DNA from: an uncultured Clostridia bacterium | GTDB taxonomy: Bacteria > Bacillota > Clostridia > TANB77 > CAG-508 | Assembly: GCA_944393565.1 (NCBI GenBank) | Contig: CALYAM010000004.1 | Span: forward strand, 12,207-76,206 | Direction: 5' to 3' | DNA length: 64,000 nt | Shown: one piece after another, positions 35,801 to 50,800 of the stretch | Numbering within the stretch: the first letter of the stretch is position 1 | Layout of the letters: every line of letters starts with the position of its first letter | Translations under genes and position numbers: made by a program | The notes under the pieces: model-generated | What the model saw: the letters and a program-made list of their open reading frames with translations, nothing else | The model's database searches: none | What the model was told of the DNA's origin: nothing

Positions 35801-38800
35801 TTTTTCGGAAACATTGCTATATATTGGATCTAGCCCTGCATCCACATCTGCTGATAACATTTTTGAATTGCAAAATATTTTTTCTAGTAAGTTTGGGTAA
35901 TTTTGTTCTTTTTTATTTATTAATTCTGATATAAAGTAATCAAACATTTGAGATTCCATGCCCGTGTTTCCCATACTACCTATTTCTTCCTTATCAGATA
36001 ATATGCATACAGCAGTTCTTTTTGGTTTTTCTATATTTAATATTCCTCTTAATGCTGTATAAGCGCATACTCTGTCATCTTGTCCATAACCTGCAACCAT
36101 ACTTTTATCAAAGCCTAAACTTCTTGCTTTAAAACTAGGTACTACTTCTAGTTCAGAACTTAGCAAGTCAGCTTCTACTATACCATATTTTTCATTGAGT
36201 AATTTTAATATATTGTATTTTACTTTTTCTTTAACGTCTTTTTCTTCTGAAGGAATACTACCTACTAAAACGTTTAAGTCCTCTCCAGAAATTCCATCTT
36301 TTAGTTTCTTTTCCATTTGCTCTTGGGCCAAATGTGGTAATAGATCTGTAATTGTAAAAATAGGATCTTTTTCATCTTCTCCTATGTTTATTTTAATTTT
36401 TTCTCCATTTGTTTTTACAATAACTCCATGTATACTAAGTGGAATTGTCGTCCACTGATATTTTTTTATACCACCATAGTAATGTGTTTTAAAATATCCA
36501 AATCCAGTATCTTCATATAATGGGTTTGGCTTTAAATCTAGTCGTGGTGAATCAATATGAGCACCAACAATTTTAAGTCCATTTTCCAGTGGTTCTTCCC
36601 CAATTACAGCAATATATAAGCTCTTATTTCTGTTGCATAAATACACCTTATCTCCAAGAGCCAATTTTTCTTTAGAAGAAATATCTTCAAACTGGTTCTT
36701 TCTTAGTATGTCTATTGTTTCATCTACAATTTCTCGTTCTGTTTTCCCTTTGTTTAAAAAGTAAATATATTCATCTGCAAACTTGTTTATTTCTCCTTTT
36801 TTTTCTTCACTTATTTTTTCCCAACCTGTTTTTTTCTCATTTATTAAATTTTCCATGGTTTTACCTCTCTTTCGTTTTTAAAAAATTATATCATCTTTTT
36901 TTATAGCGAGCAAGTATTGTTTTTTGTATTATTTTACAATTCCAAAAAATTATTCATAATTTATATATTGTGAAATATATATATACAAAAAAGGATGTGT
37001 TTTTAATGGATAGAAATTCTGATTTCCCACCATTTTATTCTTATACCCCTGGGTTTGATTCTCAAACAGATGATATATATTCAAATCCAATGTTTAACCC
37101 TATTGTGCAGTATGAACAAGCATATATGTATTATAAATATATGTGTAAACAACTAGAATATAAAATGAAACTCAAGGAATATGAAAAACTAAGTAAGCAA
37201 GATTTAAAAACGGAACGACGTGTTGAGTAAAAAAAAGTCCTAATTTAATAGGACTTAAAATTTAATTTTATTTACTTCTTGCATTGTACTTAATTCTAAC
37301 TTAACTATTCCTTTTGTAGTACATACATATAAACTATCTTTTATTATTAAAAAACGCCTTATAATTTCATTTTCTTCTAAATTTTCAATATTTATTCTTG
37401 CTCTTTCGATTATGCCATTTTCTAAGGATATATCATATAAAATGGCTCCTTGCAATGTTATTTTCGTTTCATTGTTTATTGTTTCCATTACTGTAATTGG
37501 GAATGCTAGCAAATTATTATCTTTTGAAAATAGTAGTGCTTTGTAATTATACAAGCTTTCTGAATGTGTTCCCCTTTGCCCAATTGAAGCAGTTGAAATC
37601 TCTTTAGGTTGCATTTTGTCACTAATATCAAATAAGGACACTTTAATTCCACCTAATGTAAATTGTTCTCCATCATTTAATACTTCTTGGCCTAATCCTA
37701 TAATATGATTTTCATCATATGGATGCAAATATGTACTATATCCTGGTATTTCTAATACACCTAAAACAGTTGGTGCATATGGGCTTGATAAGTCAATTAC
37801 ATGTAATGGATCTGTTTGGTCAAAAGTTACTATATAGCCTTTATCTCCTATAAATCTAACTGAATATATGTTTTCTCCTTCAGTAATATTTTCGGTTTTT
37901 CCAACTGTATTTAACTGTTTGTTTAATATATATACGGCATTTTTTATTTTTTGCTCAGATTGAGCTATTTCTGTTTTAGTTAATGCTATCCTTAAGTATC
38001 CATCTTTCTCGTCAATTGAAAATTGATTTAGTAGACTTCCTGGTACTTCCCCATCTGCCTCATAAATAGCTTTTTTGTTTTTCAAAGCGAATCTATATAT
38101 TTTTGTTGTTTTAATTATATTATTTTCAAATTGAGGTTTAGTTATATATATGTTTTCTTTTGAAGCATATACTATACTTCCTGCACCTAAATATGCCTCT
38201 ACATTAAGTTTGTTTTCTTCTTCTAGTGAAAAACTTGCTAATATTAAATAATTGTTTTCCTCCACTTCTCCTGGAAAATATGAAATTTCAGAAAAATCTA
38301 TAAATAGTTTTTCTTCTGAAATGTTACTATCATAATATGTAGGTTTTAACATGTCTTCATTAGATTTTGTTTGTTCGTTTATTGTTATTGGATTATTTAT
38401 TATAAGATAAACAGTATCGTCTACCATCCTACTAGTTAGCATGTATCCTTCAATTTCTATATTTCGTACCTCTTTTATGTTTTCTATTTCGGCTACATCA
38501 TACACTATTATATTTGTATCACCCATATAAGCTATGTCATAATATGCTGTACTATTTTGAACTGAACCATCTATTTTTTCCCCAATTACAATCAAATATT
38601 TGTCATACAAATACATTTGTGTAGGCATGAAAAACATTTCCATGTAATTAATTTTTTTTATAACTTGTAGTGTATCTGTTTTTATAATATTTAAGTTTTT
38701 TTCTGCAATATAATAAATATAATTGCCATCTGTTTTTACTATATCCGCTTCTGATACTCCAGGTACTTGTTCATTAGTCTGCATATAAAAATCTTTTAGA

Positions 38801-41800
38801 ATATTTGATGATTCTAAGTTTTCTGTTTGTAATAGATTATCTTGTTTTTCTTCTGAGTCTATTAGCATTTCTATAAAATTTTCTTTGCTTCCTATTTTAG
38901 GTAAGCTTTTTTCTTGTGAAGCCATATGTGGATTTATTATTGTTTCTATTTGATCTTGTTTGTTACTTTTATTCATATAAAGCCATACAATAGAAAAAAT
39001 CAATACAAATACTGCCAGTACATTAACGAATTTTATAATCATTGGGTTATTATGTTTTTTGTTTTCAAAAATTTGATTTTTAACTTTTCTTTTCAGCTTC
39101 TCATCTGCACTAATTTGATTATTTGCTTTTTTATAAAGTTCCTTATTATTCAATCATTGAAACCTCCTTCCAATCTAGATTTTAGTTTTTCTCTTGCACG
39201 TAAAAGTCTTGTTTTTACAGTGTTTTCATTGGTTTTTAGTATAGACGCTATCTGTTTGATTGTAAAACCTTCATAGTAGAAAAGATGAATTACTGTACGA
39301 TACTTTATTGGTAATGCTAACACATCGAAATATATCTCTTGCTCTTTTTCATCTTCAAATTTTATTTCATCTTCTAGCGGAAATGTATTTTTCATCCAAG
39401 ATGATGAGAAAATATTCTTGCTCAAATTAATTGTTACTCGAATAATCCATGCTTTTTCATGAGCTTCACTTTCAAAATCTGGCATTTTCTTATTTATTTT
39501 TAAAAAAACTTCCTGAAATACATCTTCTGCATCTTCTTTGTTTTTAGTTCTAGCAAGAGCTAGCCTGTATATCATGTTACTATATTTTTCAATTAAAAAT
39601 TCCATGTATTCTTCCTTAGATTTTTGCATGCCGTACATTGTGAATCCTCCCTTACACAAGTAATACATCTCATCTAGTTAAAAAGTTTCATTGTCTTCTA
39701 CAATTCCTAAGATTACTTTTGGCTTTCTTATTCTTTCATATATTACTTCATAAGCTTTCTTCAATTTTTCCACTGCATTTTCTGCCTTTTCTTTGTTATT
39801 TGAATAAATGATTGCTAATGTTTGTCCTGCATCCACTTTGTCACCTATTTTTTTGTGAAATGTTATTCCAACTTCATTTTCTATTTTATCTTCTTTATTT
39901 ATTCTACCTGCTCCCAAGGAAGTACATATTTCGCCGACAATTTTTGCATCTATTTTTTTTATATAACCAGCTTTATCTGCATTTACTGGATACTCATATA
40001 GTGCTTTTTGAAAACAATCTGTATCTTCAATATAATCTATTGCACCGTCCTTGAATTTTTACTAATTGAATCCATTTTTTATATGCCTCTCCATTTTCTA
40101 TTTGCTGTTCAATTATTGTTTTATTTTCTTCGATATTTTTCTCTTTTTTAGCTAGTTTTATCATATATGCGCCTAATGTGCATACAATTTCTTTAACATC
40201 TGGTGCAATATTTCCTTGTAAACTTTGAGTTGCTTCTATCACTTCTAGATTATTTCCAACACTTCTGCCTAATGGTTCGTTCATATTTGTAAGAACACAT
40301 ATACTCTCTTTTCCAGAAAGTTTTGCAATTTTATTCAATTGCTTTGAAAGTTTAATAGCACTTTCTCTATCTTTCATAAAAGCTCCGCTTCCAACTGTTA
40401 CATCTAGCACAATTTTATCTGCACCACTTGCTATTTTTTTACTCATAATACTAGATGCTATAAGAGGAATATTTTCTACACAAGATATAGCATCTCTTAA
40501 AGCATATATTTTTTTGTCAGCTGGAGCTAATTGTAAAGTCTGACCAATTAAGGCAATTCCACATTCTTTTACATTTTCTATTAGTTTACTATCTCCTATG
40601 TTTGTTTTATAGCCTGGAATTGATTCTAATTTGTCTACGGTTCCTCCTGTAAATCCCAAACCTCTTCCCGACATTTTAATAACTGGAATTCCAAGTGACG
40701 CAATAATAGGCATAAGAATTAGTGTTATTTTATCTCCTATGCCTCCAGTACTATGCTTATCTACTACAATATCTGTTATATTATGGAAATCCATAATTTC
40801 ACCAGATTTAGCCATTGACATTGTTAAGTCTAGTGTTTCTTGCAAGTTCATTCCATTTAAATATATCGCCATAATTAATGCTGCTGCATGATAATCTGTA
40901 ATTTCGCCTGATGTGTATCCATTAATAAAATATGTAATTTCTTCTTTTGAAAGCTCTTCTTTGTCTCTCTTTTTTCTAATAATTTCCTGTATATTCAATT
41001 TTATACCAATCCCTTCATAAAATTTTAAATAAAATTTTTAAGGAAACTTTTTCTGTGTAGCATGCAAATTCCATTATTTCTAATTGCAATCATATGCTCT
41101 CTTGTTCCATAGCCTTTGTGTTTAGCAAAACCGTATTGAGGATATACCTTATCCCATTCAGTCATAATGCGGTCTCTTGTTACCTTCGCAATAATAGAAG
41201 CTGCTGCAATACTATAACTTGTTGCATCTCCTTTTATTATTGATGTATATGGTATTTTCAATGTGTTTATATGATTTAGAGCATCCACTAAAATATGTTC
41301 AGGTTTTATTTTCAATTTTTCTATGGAAATTGTAAGTGCTTTTTTTGTAGCATTTAAGATATTTATTTCGTCAATTTCATTTTGGTCAATTACTCCAACA
41401 CTCCAACTAATAGCCTCATTTGTAATTTGTTCATATAGTTTTTCTCTCTTTTTTTCAGATACTTTCTTAGAATCATTTATTCCTTCTATAAATGAATTCT
41501 TTGGCAAAATTACGCATCCTACAACAACAGGTCCTGCAAGCGGTCCCCTTCCTGCTTCGTCAATCCCTGCTATATATGTTATTCCGTTTTTATAAAATTT
41601 ATTGTCTATTTCTTTTAGTTTAATTAGTCGTTGTTCTTCAATTTCTTTCATACGTGTTTATATTACTCCTTTAATTTTGTTCTTTTATATCAGAAAGTTT
41701 GTAAAAAATATTGCCATCTTCTGTTTTGTAACCATTTGAATATATAACTTCTTCTAAATCGTAGTTTATTAAGTAATATTCATTATCTTCTAATATGATA

Positions 41801-44800
41801 TTATTTAGTCCAACCTCTATTAAAACATCTTTAGTCCATTTATAGTAATTTTGTATATTGTCTATTCCAAATTTTTCTTCCAGAGATGTATCTTCTACTT
41901 TTTCTCCTTTTAGAGCATTATTATTGTCTACATGATAACGTTCTAATATAATCTTTGATTTTGCTTGTACTTGTAACATCTCTGTTTTTATGTCTTCTTG
42001 TTTTTTTATATTTAATTCTTTTTCGAAAAAATCAAATGCAAAAATTGCTATAAATGTTAATATTATTATTCCTATAATCCAAATAATAATTGATTTTCCA
42101 TCTTGTTTTTTCATCTCTTCCCTCCATAAAATAAGAAAAGTGGCTTCGCCACATGTGCATTTTGCTTCGCAAATATGCACGAATCAAGGAAACTTAACCT
42201 TGTTATATAGCAAAAATCTGGCGATTTTTCCTATACAATAAGAAAGGCATTTCGCAGGGCTAGTCTCTGGAGCAACAGCGAAATACATGTCCTCGCTTTG
42301 TGCTCGGACGGCCCAAGGAAGCCTAACCTTGTTGTATACGGAAAAATCGTTAAAAACACTGAAATATCAAAGAAAAAGTCGATTTTTCCTATACAATAAA
42401 ATAACAGTACAATTTGTACTGTTATTTTATCATAATTATTGTCCACAAATCAAGTATTTAGGTACCGTATTGTGTGTAGCAGTTTTGCTTCCGCTTTGTG
42501 AAACTGCGTGTGTCTTTCCACATATGCTACAAGTTCCTGATGCTGCTAAATTTAAGTTCGTAGTTTTTCCACATGTTGCACATCTATATGTTTGTATACT
42601 CCTTGTAAAATTTTGTGTTCCTGAATGGTAGCCACAGCTCAATCCATATTTTGTCATACTCTTTCCACAACTTGTTCTGTCCATATCTGCTAAGAAAGTA
42701 TCACTTGCATGTCCTGGTGATGACATATAACGAGTACAATTTGAGCACCAAGTTAATGTTGAAGGAATATTAACAGTAGTTGTTCTTCCGCAGTTAACAT
42801 TATTACATTTTTTTGTAAACACTGTACCAACTAATACTCTTGCTCCACAACAATCACTATACCTTGAGCTATTTTCTGCGTCTTGGCATCCTGTAATGAG
42901 CATTACACCTGAGCATGTATAGCCAATTGCCTTTCCAAAGCATGTGCCAGACACTGTATATGTTGTATCATCAGATTGTCCTGTTCCATCAATGCAGTTT
43001 CCTCCTGGATATGTATGAGAGTGAGAACATGTATAATATGTTTGTGAAGTTGTTGAACTTAATGCAAAGCTTCCTCTACATGCTGTTGAGTAACATGATG
43101 CATTATGTCCAAGAGCTGCTATTGTTTGTGTTTTTGTTGTATTACATCCTGTACATGTCGCAGTTTGTATACCAGTATTTGAATGTGTTGCTGCTTTTGT
43201 TGTCACCCATGAGCCCCATGTGTGATTTTGGTCCTCATAAGCTCCGCATGAGCATGTACGCCTATGAATTTGGTCATTAACTTTTACCCAATTTCCATAG
43301 CTATGGACGTGAGTAATTAACGTCATCTGTGTTTCTTTGCTAGATTCATTTCCTGCATTATCTATTATAACTATCTTAAATTTATAATCTCCTGCTACAC
43401 TCATTGTGAAATTACATGTTGCTGTTTTGCTTGACTGAACTGTTGCTGTTACATCTGATGCCTCTTTATAACTTCCATTTGGTTCTTGAACAAACCATAT
43501 AGCACTTCTTATTCCAGATAAATTATCCGTAATAGAGCTAGAAGTTATTGTAATATTTTTAGTTCCTGATTCTACTGTATATGTTTGGCCTTCTGTTATA
43601 TTTGGTATATTAGGTGCTGTTTTATCTATTTTAATATTAAATGGTCCCTTTTGATCTGTATATCTTCCTTTTTCTACTTTTGTGTATGCACTATATGTTC
43701 CTTCTGCCGTAAGCAATACTGGCTCTTTTGTAATTGGAACATTTGTAGAACCTTCTACCCAATATCTAGTGTTATTTGTATTTTGTTCAAAATATAAATA
43801 AACATTTTTATTTACCCATGTATCTTGTGTATATATGTTCCCAGAACTACCTTCTAGTTTCATTATAAGCTCAGCTGTTTCTAGTTTTAAAGTTTTTATT
43901 ATGTATTCTTCTGATGTTGTAATATTACCTGCATGATCAATTACCTTATAGTAAATTTTATACTCTGTTTCTTGGTTTAGATCTGGAAATGTATATATAT
44001 TATCTGTTTGCCATTCATCTCCATCTGAATTCCATTGTCTTTCACCATCTATATAGAACTGATAACCTTTAACTCCACTATATTCATCATATGCATTGAC
44101 TCCTATAATAATAGTATCTACATCTATATTCCATTCTGGTTCTCTTAAAATTGGACTTACCTTATCATCTGAATATTCTCCTTCGATTAGTCTGTCTGCA
44201 ATGATTTGAGAAAGTTTATATAGTTTTTCTCCTTTATCATTTTTTACACCGTCTGGCCAAAATATCTCTCCATTTTCATAATCAACAATATAAACTTGAT
44301 TATTACCTAGTTTAATCCCTTCTAAGCCAATACTGTCTAAAGTTTGTCTATCGTAAATATAAAGTGTATCTTTTTCTATTTCATCTGCTGTAAGGGCATT
44401 GCCTGCAATCTCTGCTTTATTTGGATGACTTCTTAGTTTTTGCCCTACATATAGAGAAGTATCACCATTAAAACCTACTTTTTCATTAATTATCTTTACT
44501 TTTGTTTGTATTAAAAGCATATCAGATGCAATTGATTGTATGTTCGCTGTATCAAGTATTCCACTTCCTACAATTGTTGCACCTATTAGTATTATAATAA
44601 CAAGTATAGTTATTATTAAAGATATTAAGGTTATACCTCTCTCTTTTTTATTCATCTAATCTTTCCTCCTTTGTGTAATATAACATTATCTCTCTTTTTT
44701 TTATTATACCTCCTTTAATATCTTTTTTCAACATTTTATTTGTTTGTAACAAATTTGTCACACTGTGTAAAACGAAATATAACACTTTTTTCACATTTTT

Positions 44801-47800
44801 TTCACATTTGTATTGTATTATGATAATAATTTAGGTTATTATAAATATGATATATTGTTTTTGGAGGTAATCTTATGGAAGAAAATGAAACATCTTATAA
44901 AAAGGTTATAATTGAGCCAGGGAAAAAATCAACAGGTTTTGGTAAAAGCGTACTTATACCTTTTGCAAGTGGAATTATAGGAGCAAGTTTAGTTATTGGC
45001 ACATGTTTTGGTGTACCAAATATTAGAGAAAAATTATTTGTTGGAACACGGCTTAACTCAAACTTCAACAACTACTTCAAGTGAAACCAATATTGGAAAT
45101 ACAAACTTAATTTCATTATCTAATTACTCCGATACTGGTGTTGGCGTAGCTGCCAAAGTTCAACCATCTGTTGTTGGAATTACCGTTGAGTACACTGTCA
45201 ATAGTCTATTTTCTAGGCAACCTTCTTCTGCCTCAGCTGAGGGTTCAGGTGTTATTATTTCAGAGAATGGCTATATTTTAACTAATAATCATATTGTAAA
45301 TTCATCTTCAAATTCTTCTTTCTATCAGCTTACAGAAGCAACAAAAGTAACAGTCCATTTATACGGAGATGAAACAGTATACGAAGCTGAAATAGTAGGT
45401 ACAGATTCCGAAACCGATTTAGCAGTTATAAAAATTGACAAAACTGGTTTAACAGCTGCAACTCTTGGAGATTCAGATAGTGTTAAAGTGGGTGAATTTG
45501 CTATGGCAGTTGGCAATCCTCTTGGAATGCAAAATAGTGTGACTTCCGGAATTATCAGTGCTGTTAATCGCGAAGTAACTGATAGTGATGGCAAAGAATA
45601 TACGTTAATACAAACCGATGCTGCTATTAACTCTGGAAACAGTGGTGGTGCTTTAGTTAACAGCAATGGAGAAGTAATTGGAATAAATACATTAAAACTT
45701 TCTGGAACTGGTATAGAAGGCATGGGTTTTGCAATTCCAATTAACAGCACAAAAGAAATTTATGAACAATTAATTCAGTATAGCAAAGTAAAAAGGCCAT
45801 ATATTGGTATAAGCGGATTGGATTTAGATGAAGAAACTGCAGAACGCTATGATTTGCCTATTGGTGTATATGTAAGAAGTGTAGAAGATTTTTCTGCTGC
45901 ACAAAAAGGTGGAATAAAAGCTGGTGATGTAATTTTAAAAGCCGATGATAAAGAAATAAAAACAATGGATGATTTAGATGAAATAAAGCTATCTCATCAA
46001 ATAGGCGATGAAATGAAACTCACAGTTTCTCGTGATGGAAAGGAAATTGATATAACAATAAAATTACTTGAACAACCTTAAAAGGTTTACCTTTTCTTCA
46101 CAAAATGGTCATAATCTGTGTATATAATAAAGCAAGAATCAATAATTAAGTTATTCCTTTATTGATTTTCTAATAAAAACATCCCCTTTTGTTTTTGAAA
46201 ACCGCCGTAAATGGCGGTTTTCTTTTTGTTTTAAAAAATAATCATATCTAATTCACTTGTAAAATTGTTGTTTCCATATGCGTAAATTAAATATAGATAA
46301 TTGTTTTGATCTAGGAAAAAAGTATCTGTATTTTCTGGGAAATAGCGTTCATCATTTATATCTCTTTTAAACACCTCATATCCTGCTTCTGCAAACAACT
46401 CATTTTCTTTCATTACAGACTCAATCTCTTTAATTGTTTTATTATAGACTTCTGTTCTGTCAAGATTTTTCTTTGAGAGTAAATCGTCCAATGAGATGAT
46501 GTTATTATTTATAATATCATAATTGTATGTTTTTACAATTACCCTTTGTGGATAGTCTTGCTCTTTTAATGTGGCTTTTATTAATATCGACAAAATGGTA
46601 TCATTTAGATAAGCAATATAATCTAAGTTATATATACTTAGTATGTATTCAGATTGAATTACATCATTAGCTTTACTACCAAATATATTATCTATTTCTT
46701 TATTTATTTCTTTAGCTGCTGGGCTATCAATATTTAAATATGGTATATTTAAATTTATATCATATTTGTTTTCTTGGTATAAATCTATTTCATATATTGT
46801 ATACACTATATCTCTTGTTGCATCGACTCTTTGAATATTTTTCTCTTCAACACTATTTTTTCTTATTGTATTGCTAAAAGATAAGTTAAATTCTGTACGC
46901 AGTCTTTCATTTCTTGCTTCTTCAGATTCTACTGATTCGCCATTTTCATTATTTATGTCTGTTAACATATCACTAGAATAAAAAAATTGGAAATATACTG
47001 CAATGCCAATTGTAACAACACAAATAATAATTATTAAAACATATATAATAAGTCTTTTATCACTTATGTTCCCTAAAAGTTTCATAAGCACCATCCTTTT
47101 CTTTTGTTTTGTTTTTTTAGTATATCATTATGTATTTAATTTTTCAAGCACTAACAATTTATAAGCAATTAAATTTTTTGCATTTTGTTTATATTGTAAA
47201 TTAATAAGGTTTTAACCTTTATTTTCTTGACTATTCTACTATTTTAGGGTATGATAATCATGTTAACTTATGTAAAAAAGGAGAATTATAAATTTATGTT
47301 GTGTTCTGTTTGCAACAAAAATGTTGCTGTTATTTTTATTAACAAAGTGGATAAGGGCCAGTCTTCCCTAGAAGGTTTATGCTATAACTGTGCAAAACAA
47401 AGAGGTATTAATCCTTTAGAAGTGCTTTCAAAGCAAGCTAATCTTTCCGAGGAAAATCTTGATGATATGTCAAAGCAATTCGAAGAAATGTTTAAGGATA
47501 TTTCTAATAATATTTCTCCTGAAGAGATAAATCAAATAGCTTCTACCGAATCTGGCAATATTCCAATAGGTTCTATAATTTCTAACATGTTCAGTTCTCA
47601 GCCTCAAGCAAGCGAAAATAAAAATGAAGATGCAGATTCTAAGAAAAAAATAAAAACGGAAAAACCACCTAAAGTAAAAAGGAAGAATTATTTAGATACA
47701 TTTGGCACTAACTTAACTCAAAAAGCTCGTGAGAACAAGCTAGATGCAGTTATTGGAAGAGACAGAGAAATACAAAGAATGATACAAATACTAAACCGTC

Positions 47801-50800
47801 GTTCTAAAAATAATCCTTGCCTAATCGGTGAACCTGGCGTTGGTAAAACAGCAATTGCACAAGGATTAGCAATTAAAATTGCCAATCAAAAAGTACCTGC
47901 AAAGTTGTTAAATAAAGAAGTATATTTACTAGATATGACTTCTCTAATCGCTGGTACACAATTTCGTGGTCAATTTGAATCCCGCATGAAAGGTATTATT
48001 GATGAATGTAAAACATATGGTAACGTTATTTTGGTTATAGATGAAATTCACAACATAATTGGTGCTGGAGATGCAGAAAACTCTATGAATGCAGCTAATA
48101 TTTTAAAACCATCTCTTTCAAATGGTGATGTACAACTTATTGGCACTACAACTTTAAAAGAATATAGAAAATATATAGAAAAAGATTCTGCTTTAGAAAG
48201 AAGATTTCAGCCATTAATTGTTGAAGAACCAAGTATTGAAGATTCTATTGAAATATTAAAAGGAATAAAAAAATATTATGAAGATTTTCACAGGGTTAGG
48301 ATTTCTAATGATGTAATAGAAAAAACCGTTCGTATGTCTGAAAAATATATTCATGATCGATTTTTGCCTGATAAAGCAATAGATATATTAGACGAAGCTT
48401 GCTCACGTATTAACTTAAATAATAAAGAACTTTATCAATTAGAAGTTTTAAAAAATGAACTTGCAAAAGTGCAAGCGGAAAAAGATGATGCAGTTTCCAC
48501 AGATTCTATTGAGGACTATCAAAAGGCTGCGGATTTAAAAACAAGAGAATGTAATCTAATTGATGCTATTGAAAAAATGAATAAAAAATTAACTGTAAAA
48601 AGCCTCACTGTGCAAGATATTGCAGAAGTAATTGAAAATGCCACAAAAATTCCTGTTAAGAAAATTACTGAAGCCGAAACAGCTAAATTATTAAATTTGG
48701 AAACTAATCTTCACAAACACATAGTTGGCCAAGATGCTGCAGTGAATGCTGTTGCACGTGCAATTAGAAGAAACCGTGCTGGACTTCAAAGTTCCAAAAG
48801 GCCTCCTTCATTTATTTTCGTAGGTCCTACTGGTGTTGGGAAAACAGAGCTTGCAAAATCATTAGCATATGAAATGTTTGGAAATGTGGATTCGATAATT
48901 CGTATAGATATGTCTGAATATATGGAAAGTCACTCTACTTCAAAATTAATTGGTTCACCTCCTGGTTATGTTGGTTATGATGACGCAGGTCAATTAACTG
49001 AAAAAGTAAAAAGGAAGCCTTATTCTATAATTCTTTTAGATGAAATTGAAAAGGCTCATCCAGATGTATTTAACATATTACTACAAATTTTAGATGACGG
49101 CAAATTAACTGATTCTCAGGGAAATACTGTTAGTTTTCAAAATACTGTAATTATTATGACATCCAACGCTGGCTCTAACTTAAACCACAATGCAATTGGC
49201 TTTGGTAAGCAAACATTTGATAAATCGAAAGTAGAAGATAGCTTAAAAGAAATATTTCGCCCAGAATTTTTAAACCGAGTAGATGAGATCATTGTATTTG
49301 ATTCTTTAACACAAAATCAATTATTGGATATTATTGACTTGCTATTAGAAGATACAAAAAAAGCTCTTCGTGATAAAGATATTGATTTTAGTATTACAGA
49401 TGAGGCAAAGCATTTTATATTAGAAAAAGGAACGGATTTAAAATACGGTGCAAGGCCTTTGCGTCGTACTATTCAAAGATATATTGAAGATGAAATATCT
49501 GAAAAGATTTTGCGAAATGAACTAGTAAGTGGAAACAAAGTTGAAGTATCATTAGAAGAAGATCATTTAGCATTTTACATTATATAATTTGGAGGTTATT
49601 TATGTTTAAGCATGTACCAAATATATTAACTATTATACGTTTTTTTATAATACCATTTATTGTTTTCTTTGCTTTACAAGATAATTATATAACTGCTGCT
49701 TTTTTCCTTATATTATCTGGTATAACAGATATAGCAGATGGTTTTATAGCTAGAAAATATAATTTTATAACAGACTTTGGAAAATTAATGGACCCTTTAG
49801 CAGATAAATGCACACAAGTTGCTACTTTAGTTGTTCTTGTTGTACAACATATTGTCCCTTTGTGGATTTTAGTAGTCGTAATAATAAAAGAATTTATTTT
49901 AATAGCAGGAGCTTCTTTCCTATATGGAAAAGATTTAGTTGTTTCAAGCAAATGGTATGGAAAAATTTCTACTATCTTATTTTATATTGCTATATTCTTC
50001 TCAATGATATTTAAACAGTTTCAATTACCATATACATTTGATACTTATATATACTATCTAGCTGTTGTGTTTACTATTTTTTCTCTTTTCATGTATTTTA
50101 AAGCTTTCTATGTGAAAGACTTTTTAAGAAAAACAAAATAACTTCTTAAATCAAAATGTCATCTCAAATATAATTAAAATATATTTGAGATGACATTTTA
50201 TTATTTACTCATAATCTTCTAATAAACGGTTTAAAGCATCTTTTCCATTCACAAATATTCCATTTTGTATTTGTATTTTATCTGTTTGAGGTAAATATTT
50301 AGTAAGTATTCCCGTTCTTTCATATATTTTCTCTTGATTTTCCTCATCAATTCTATAAACAACAATTTGTCCATCTTCATCACGTAGCACATAATGTTCA
50401 AAGCAACTTCCATTTTCATGCTTTGTCATTACAATTTCATTATTAGTAAAACTTTCAATTTCCCAGTCTTTATATATTTCTTTAATCTCCTTTTCTGTCT
50501 TGTTTATTGCATCATCTGGAGCAGTCAAGTAATTTTTCGTTGTATGTCCACATTCATCATATATTCTTTTAATAACAAATACTGCTTTGGGAGACACTTT
50601 TTTTTCTGTGCTGTTTGCCTGTAACAATTCTTCTCCTTCTTTCGTACATTCATCAGTTACTTTTCCATCAGAAATTTCGGTCGTTTGCTTTATATTAGTA
50701 TTACTTAGCTGATTTAGTCTTGTTATATAAAATCCTATTCCAATACATAAAAAAAATATTAATATGAAAAGTGTTCCAACTACTATTTTTGATTTCATAA